A stretch of 64,000 nt of DNA from Paramoeba atlantica. Lineage: Eukaryota > Protista > Discosea. The stretch spans positions 186,001-250,000 of the forward strand of contig CDRNVI010000029.1 of assembly GCA_977017575.1 (NCBI GenBank). Direction: 5' to 3'. Under the pieces are notes generated by a model. It was not told the DNA's origin. It did no database searches and saw nothing but the letters and a program-made list of their open reading frames with translations. The translations under genes were made by a program, and so were the position numbers. Below, piece after piece: positions 59,209-64,000 of the stretch. Each line of letters begins with the position of its first letter. The first letter of the stretch is position 1.

Positions 59209-62200
59209 ATGACTGATATCACAATAGCCCTTAGGCCAATATTCTGTGCAACAGGATTTGAACTTAATTTCCCTATTGATTTGACTGATGCAATTCTCAA
59301 GGACCCGAACGGGAGTCAAACAAGTGAAGCCACTGGTTACTTTTCCCGTGCTATTGAGGTAGGAAGGGGTAGTGACTGCACCGTAACGCTCACGGACGAA
59401 CCAAAGCATGCGATATTTTCTCGACGCCATTTTCGTCTTGTATGTCAGGCACCATTTCCTTCCAGCGAATCAATAAGCGCGGAGTACATGAGGCAATGTA
59501 TACACACTGACCAGGCCCATTTCTTTATTCAAGACCTGGAGTCGATGAACGGAACTTTTGTAAACGGTGTTCGACTTCAATCTAATGCGCGGGCGCCTAT
59601 TCATGCTGGAGATAAAATAGGATTTGGTTCTCGAAACGGAATCAAAATGAAAGTCGAATATATTTTTGCGGTTGACGGAGCATCTACAAACTGTGTAGTG
59701 GATCCGATGGGGCAGGACGGTAAAGTACAGCGAATATCAAGAAACGTAGAAAGTGAATTAAATACGGAACAACGCACGAATATTCTTCCTGCTGTTCCAC
59801 TCACTTTATCGGACGGCACTTCATCAGGTCATGACTTAAAGGAGAAATTATATTATTGCAATACATCGATATGGAAGAATCGCAATATTCAAAAGAAAGA
59901 ATTATTTAGTACACCAGCCGTATCGCTGACGAACACCTATAGTAAAGCACTGGAAGCGGGGGCAACGAGGGCAACGGGCTTAGCAGATAAAAAGTTCGAC
60001 GTTGAGAAAAATTCTGAGCGTACCCGCGATTTATCAACAGACCGTCGATCCGAAGACATAGAAAATAAAAAAGTGGAGGTCAAAAATCGTCTTAAAAATG
60101 CGTTGAAAGTTGCTAGTTCCGTGGTACGTCCACGAGCCTTGTTTCAAAGCCCACCTGAATCTTTTGACCAAGTGGATTCCTTTCCGTACGAAATCGACGC
60201 ATCATCGAATCAAAAGGTTACCCCAGGAAAGGTCAAGGCTCGTAGTGATTCGTTCCCTAGCGTGGTTAATGGAGAAGCTCCTATTGTATCAAGCGCTGCG
60301 AACGGTACAGATGTGCACGTGTCTCCATACAAACACCCAGCGTCTGTTACATTTGATGGGACCGCGCATGCTGAAAGCTCAGTAATGCGCAACTCAAATG
60401 TTCATTCCGAAATGAGGATATCAAAATATCAAAAGAATCACCTCAAATCTCACCAAGTTCAAGCCCTTACGTTTTTATGGAAACGTTTAATCTTGGAAAA
60501 ACAAAGAGGAGCCATTCTAGCTCATTATATGGGCTTAGGAAAAACATTCACTGCGATTTCTTTCCTTGACCGTGCATGTGCGCAACTTCCGCCGCACAGA
60601 GGGCTGATATTGGCTCCACAGCAAGTGCTCCCTATTTGGAAGCAGGAGATGGATCGTTGGGGTGGTGACAAGTTTGGTCGTTATGCGTTTGCACCTCATT
60701 TCGTGGAAGATGTTTCACCTACTGCTAGGTCACGTATGGAACGAATAGAAGAAGGCCTGCAACATCTACTTCGACGTAAGAACGGCGTCCTGGGTATGAG
60801 CTTTGCTTCTCTTTTAGCACTTTATTCATTTAAGAATAATGCGGAAAAGAAACTGAAGGCATTCTCGAAAGCGCGAAAGGATGAAATTTCAATAGAAACG
60901 ATGTCTGAAAGCTATAGAGATGCATTACAGCCCAGTCAAATACCGAGTGACGAGTACTTCGATCAGAACCGCTTGGCACAACGGCTAGGATCGGCCAAGA
61001 ACATATCTCGAGTAAAGGATACGGACGGATACGCCCGTCTTTGTGAGGGAATACGCTGGGTGATAGTTGATGAGGCTACAATGTTGGAAAGTCGTTCTAC
61101 TCGATTGTACTCTGCGATTTCCGCTCTCAGGAAAGCCAAATTTATCTTTCTATTGGGTAATCCACAACCAGCAAAAACACAATTAGAAACTTTATTAAGC
61201 CTGACTACGTTTGGTGACGTGCCCCACACACGTCAGGGACGTTTTTCTGGCCATGGAAGTCAAGCAGTGCATCCAACTCTGGATATTCGTACAATTGAGA
61301 TCCTCGAAAAGCACCTTCCGCCTGTTAAAAACTATGCCCTTTTTATTCGTATTAGCTCTTTGCAGAGGGAGCTTTACAACGGGTTTATTCGCCAGGGTGA
61401 TCCACAGAGAGAGGAACCCACACACCTTAAAAGTCGCGAAACCGACGAAAAGAGTCGCATTATACTCCACGCACTGCTTTCGAAAATTTGCGCACATACC
61501 GATCTTATGTTGGACTATGCCATAGATCAGAATTCGTCAACGAGTATCTGTAAAGCAATTCCTCTAAATGGACGTAAAGGAAAGCGCAAATTACCACAAC
61601 TTACTTTCGACGTGGTAAAGGAGGACAAGAGTAGAAGGACTCAACCGAACACCTGGATGAAAACATTGCTTGATGCTTCTTACGTCAGATGTAATCTTCA
61701 TCACAATCCGAAAGCTGTTATTCTTCTTAATGCCATTAAGGCCTCCATCCTGCAAGGCAGAAAATGTGTAGTGTTTTCTCAATTCGAAGAAGTGCTAACT
61801 ATTTTAGAAACTCTTTTGTCCTTGACGCCGCTGCCAGGCATATCGCGCACATGTACGTATGAGACGAATACAGCTGCAGAAAAACTGAAAAATGGAGTAA
61901 ACTTTATTAATCTCTCGGCTCTCTCAGCTAATACAAATCTTAGAAATGGGATCGTTGAGCTGTACAACGATACAACAAGTGCTCTTAAAGTTGTGCTACT
62001 TACGTATCGCACTGGCTCATTGGGATACAGTCTTGTGGCCACCTCTGATGTCTATCTTTATGACGCCACGTGGAATTCACAAATGGAGAAGTCTGCCATA
62101 GCACGTGTGTATCGCTACGGCCAGAAAAATTGCGTGAATGTGTTTCGGCTGATTTCTCAAAACACAATAGAAGCCGACCTTTTCGCGCGCTCAGAGCTTC

Positions 62201-62409
62201 GAACCACTCATAGTGCCTGGTTGGGTCATATCACCGATATTCTCGGAGAAATGAAATCGAGTGAGCCACTGAGCATACCGTCCCCTTCTTCCGACAACGG
62301 TGTCGACTGGGAGGCCGTCCGGCAACTGGACCCAGTTCTTAATTTTCTTTCTAAAAAGGAGCACCATATCAGTGCTGTAAAGGAGTGCAAGGTGCGGAGC
62401 GATAGATAG
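59209..62409 (+). CDS. FHA domain + SNF2-family (ATRX/ARIP4-like) ATPase with degenerate motifs
   Basis: FHA: VGRG...SRRH...QDLESMNGTFVNG. SNF2: HQVQALTFLW, GAILAHYMGLGKT, VDEAT, VVFSQF, YDATWN...AIARVYRYGQK..V.VFRL. Confidence 0.85.
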   Translation: MTDITIALRPIFCATGFELNFPIDLTDAILKDPNGSQTSEATGYFSRAIEVGRGSDCTVTLTDEPKHAIFSRRHFRLVCQAPFPSSESISAEYMRQCIHTDQAHFFIQDLESMNGTFVNGVRLQSNARAPIHAGDKIGFGSRNGIKMKVEYIFAVDGASTNCVVDPMGQDGKVQRISRNVESELNTEQRTNILPAVPLTLSDGTSSGHDLKEKLYYCNTSIWKNRNIQKKELFSTPAVSLTNTYSKALEAGATRATGLADKKFDVEKNSERTRDLSTDRRSEDIENKKVEVKNRLKNALKVASSVVRPRALFQSPPESFDQVDSFPYEIDASSNQKVTPGKVKARSDSFPSVVNGEAPIVSSAANGTDVHVSPYKHPASVTFDGTAHAESSVMRNSNVHSEMRISKYQKNHLKSHQVQALTFLWKRLILEKQRGAILAHYMGLGKTFTAISFLDRACAQLPPHRGLILAPQQVLPIWKQEMDRWGGDKFGRYAFAPHFVEDVSPTARSRMERIEEGLQHLLRRKNGVLGMSFASLLALYSFKNNAEKKLKAFSKARKDEISIETMSESYRDALQPSQIPSDEYFDQNRLAQRLGSAKNISRVKDTDGYARLCEGIRWVIVDEATMLESRSTRLYSAISALRKAKFIFLLGNPQPAKTQLETLLSLTTFGDVPHTRQGRFSGHGSQAVHPTLDIRTIEILEKHLPPVKNYALFIRISSLQRELYNGFIRQGDPQREEPTHLKSRETDEKSRIILHALLSKICAHTDLMLDYAIDQNSSTSICKAIPLNGRKGKRKLPQLTFDVVKEDKSRRTQPNTWMKTLLDASYVRCNLHHNPKAVILLNAIKASILQGRKCVVFSQFEEVLTILETLLSLTPLPGISRTCTYETNTAAEKLKNGVNFINLSALSANTNLRNGIVELYNDTTSALKVVLLTYRTGSLGYSLVATSDVYLYDATWNSQMEKSAIARVYRYGQKNCVNVFRLISQNTIEADLFARSELRTTHSAWLGHITDILGEMKSSEPLSIPSPSSDNGVDWEAVRQLDPVLNFLSKKEHHISAVKECKVRSDR

Positions 62410-62601
62410 AGCTTAGAAATAGAGAACTCGAATCCGATTCATTAGAAGTAAACGTGTTTCCATGTACATAACATGTGTGCATGTATTCCCACCAAAAACT
62501 ATAAATTTATTCTACGTACACTGCACAAGTTCTGACTTTCGTTTGGTCTAATCTATACCGGTACTAGGAAACGGAAGTTTCATCTTTAGTCTTTTTCTGA
62601 T

Positions 62602-64000
62602 ATGTCTGCAGACTCCAATACACCGTTATCTTTGATCAGATCTCCTTGCGCAAGCTACGATGAAAATTTTATCCGTGCTAGCACCACTCATCACACGACA
62701 ACTGTGAGCCAAGAAGACAACTATCAGGAAAATGATAAAAAAGAGCCGCCGGGAGACAAGCCTCTTTTAAGTTGTGTACAACATACGTTTCATTTTCGTA
62801 CTTTACGTCAAGTGAGCCGCACGGGTGTGATGCTCGTGGGATGGGGCGGAGCGAATGGTTCGACTCTCACTGCAGGCGTGACCGCCAACAAGAAACACCT
62901 AAAGTGGAATACAAAGCACGGCCCCAGGACTCCAAATTATTTGTGAAGTCTGACGCAAAATGCTACCATGTATTTAGGGAAATGTCATCTAGGTGAATAT
63001 AGCAGAGACTATAACTGTGCGTACTCGCAACTGGTCCCGCTACTGGATCCCAATGATATTGTATTGGGTGGGTGGGATATTCGCCCTGCGAATCTTTATA
63101 GAGCCATGAAGGCAGCAGCTGTTTTGGACTACGATTTACAGGTTCAATTGCAAGAGGAGATGGAGTTGCTTGCGCCACTTCCCGGGTATTGTGATCCAAA
63201 GTTTATTGCGACGAATCAGTGCGATACCTCTACCCACACACTTCCCATAGAATGGACACTAGCCCGTGTGCTGCAACGTTTGCGCGAAGACATTCGCACC
63301 TTTAAATCACAAAATAATGTTGATATCGTAACTGTTATGTGGACAGGAAATACCGAATCTTGCGTAGATCACACTGCTTTACAGTTTTCTACAGCCGAAC
63401 ATCTTCTTTGTGGTCTTCAGAAATCATCTCGAGGTGAGGGATTTCCTCCAAGTCTTCTGTACGCTACAGCTGCGATCCTGGAGAACTCATCCTTCCTAAA
63501 TGGTTCACCACAAAACACACTAGCCCCGGGGTTAGTGGACCTAGCTGAGCAAGTACGCCGAGCCCACATGTCTTCCGATATTGCAGCATTGATTTCAGGA
63601 ATGACTCCACAATATAGCAAGGGAAAAAGCCCATTTTTTATTGCTGGAGACGACTTCAAAACTGGGCAGACGAAACTCAAAGGAGTTCTCTTGGACTTTT
63701 TCGTTGGAGCGGGCTTTCGACCCGAGTGTGTTGCTTCCTATAATCATTTGGGAAACAATGATGGGCTCAATTTAAGCGAGAAATCACAATTCGAATCCAA
63801 AGAAAGGAGCAAGAGCGCGCTGGTGGAACAAATTGTGCAATCTAATTCTTTGCTTTTTCGCGATGGATACCGCGGACCCGACCACACAGTCGTAATCAAG
63901 CACCTACCCTATGTGGGGGATTCAAAGCGAGCACTGGACGAGTATACTTTTAGCACGTTCATGAATGGAACACACACACTGGTCATGCATAATACCTGCG
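62602..64000 (+). pseudogene. INO1: myo-inositol-1-phosphate synthase interrupted by one in-frame TGA (pseudogene allele or sequencing error); runs off window end
   Basis: MLVGWGGANGST, PNYL*SLTQ, GGWDI, MWTGNTE, FLNGSPQNT, AGDDFKTGQTKLK, SYNHLGNNDG and YVGDSKRALDEY all in one frame except TGA at 62944-62946. Confidence 0.85.

Noticed and set aside
62944-62946. Selenocysteine or Blastocrithidia-type stop-codon reassignment as the explanation for the INO1 TGA
   Set aside because: The position aligns to Gly, not Cys or Trp; all other long ORFs lack internal stops and use TAA, TAG and TGA as terminators.
1-64000. tRNA, rRNA or SL-RNA genes
   Set aside because: No T-loop (GTTCRA) cloverleaf, rRNA-like or spliced-leader sequence was recognised by eye; a tRNAscan-SE or Infernal run would be needed to exclude them.

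Overview
Eukaryotic, apparently intron-less, gene-dense window. About 30 credible protein genes all lie on the + strand in one head-to-tail cluster, as in kinetoplastid polycistronic units. The F1-ATPase delta subunit looks kinetoplastid-type, so a compact kinetoplastid or euglenozoan genome (e.g. Perkinsela-like) is inferred, not proven. Recognisable products: RRM-CCCH, BRCT, DHHC palmitoyltransferase, RPL28, NAR1, ATP synthase delta, PPR, CTR9-like TPR, an MT-A70-fold protein lacking DPPW, two DEAD-box and one DEAH helicase, probable TFIIIC B-block subunit, POT transporter, SDHAF1-like LYR, epoxide-hydrolase-like, AKAP7-like 2H phosphoesterase, NOP15/NIFK, TTC1, FHA-SNF2, and INO1 interrupted by one in-frame TGA. 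Mobile DNA is concentrated at 31.8-38.8 kb. A three-level nest there consists of a TIR MITE, a 9-bp-TSD foldback/MULE-like element inside it, and a 5'-truncated CRE/SLACS-like retrotransposon inside that. Next to it is a Tc1-like element (TA TSD, ~123-bp TIRs, DD29E spacing) carrying a near in-frame tandem duplication of its catalytic domain. Further CRE-like 3' fragments lie at 3.3-3.6 kb. Four intragenic GC-rich islands flip from C-rich to G-rich with the same polarity. All assignments come from motif recognition by eye; no database searches were run.
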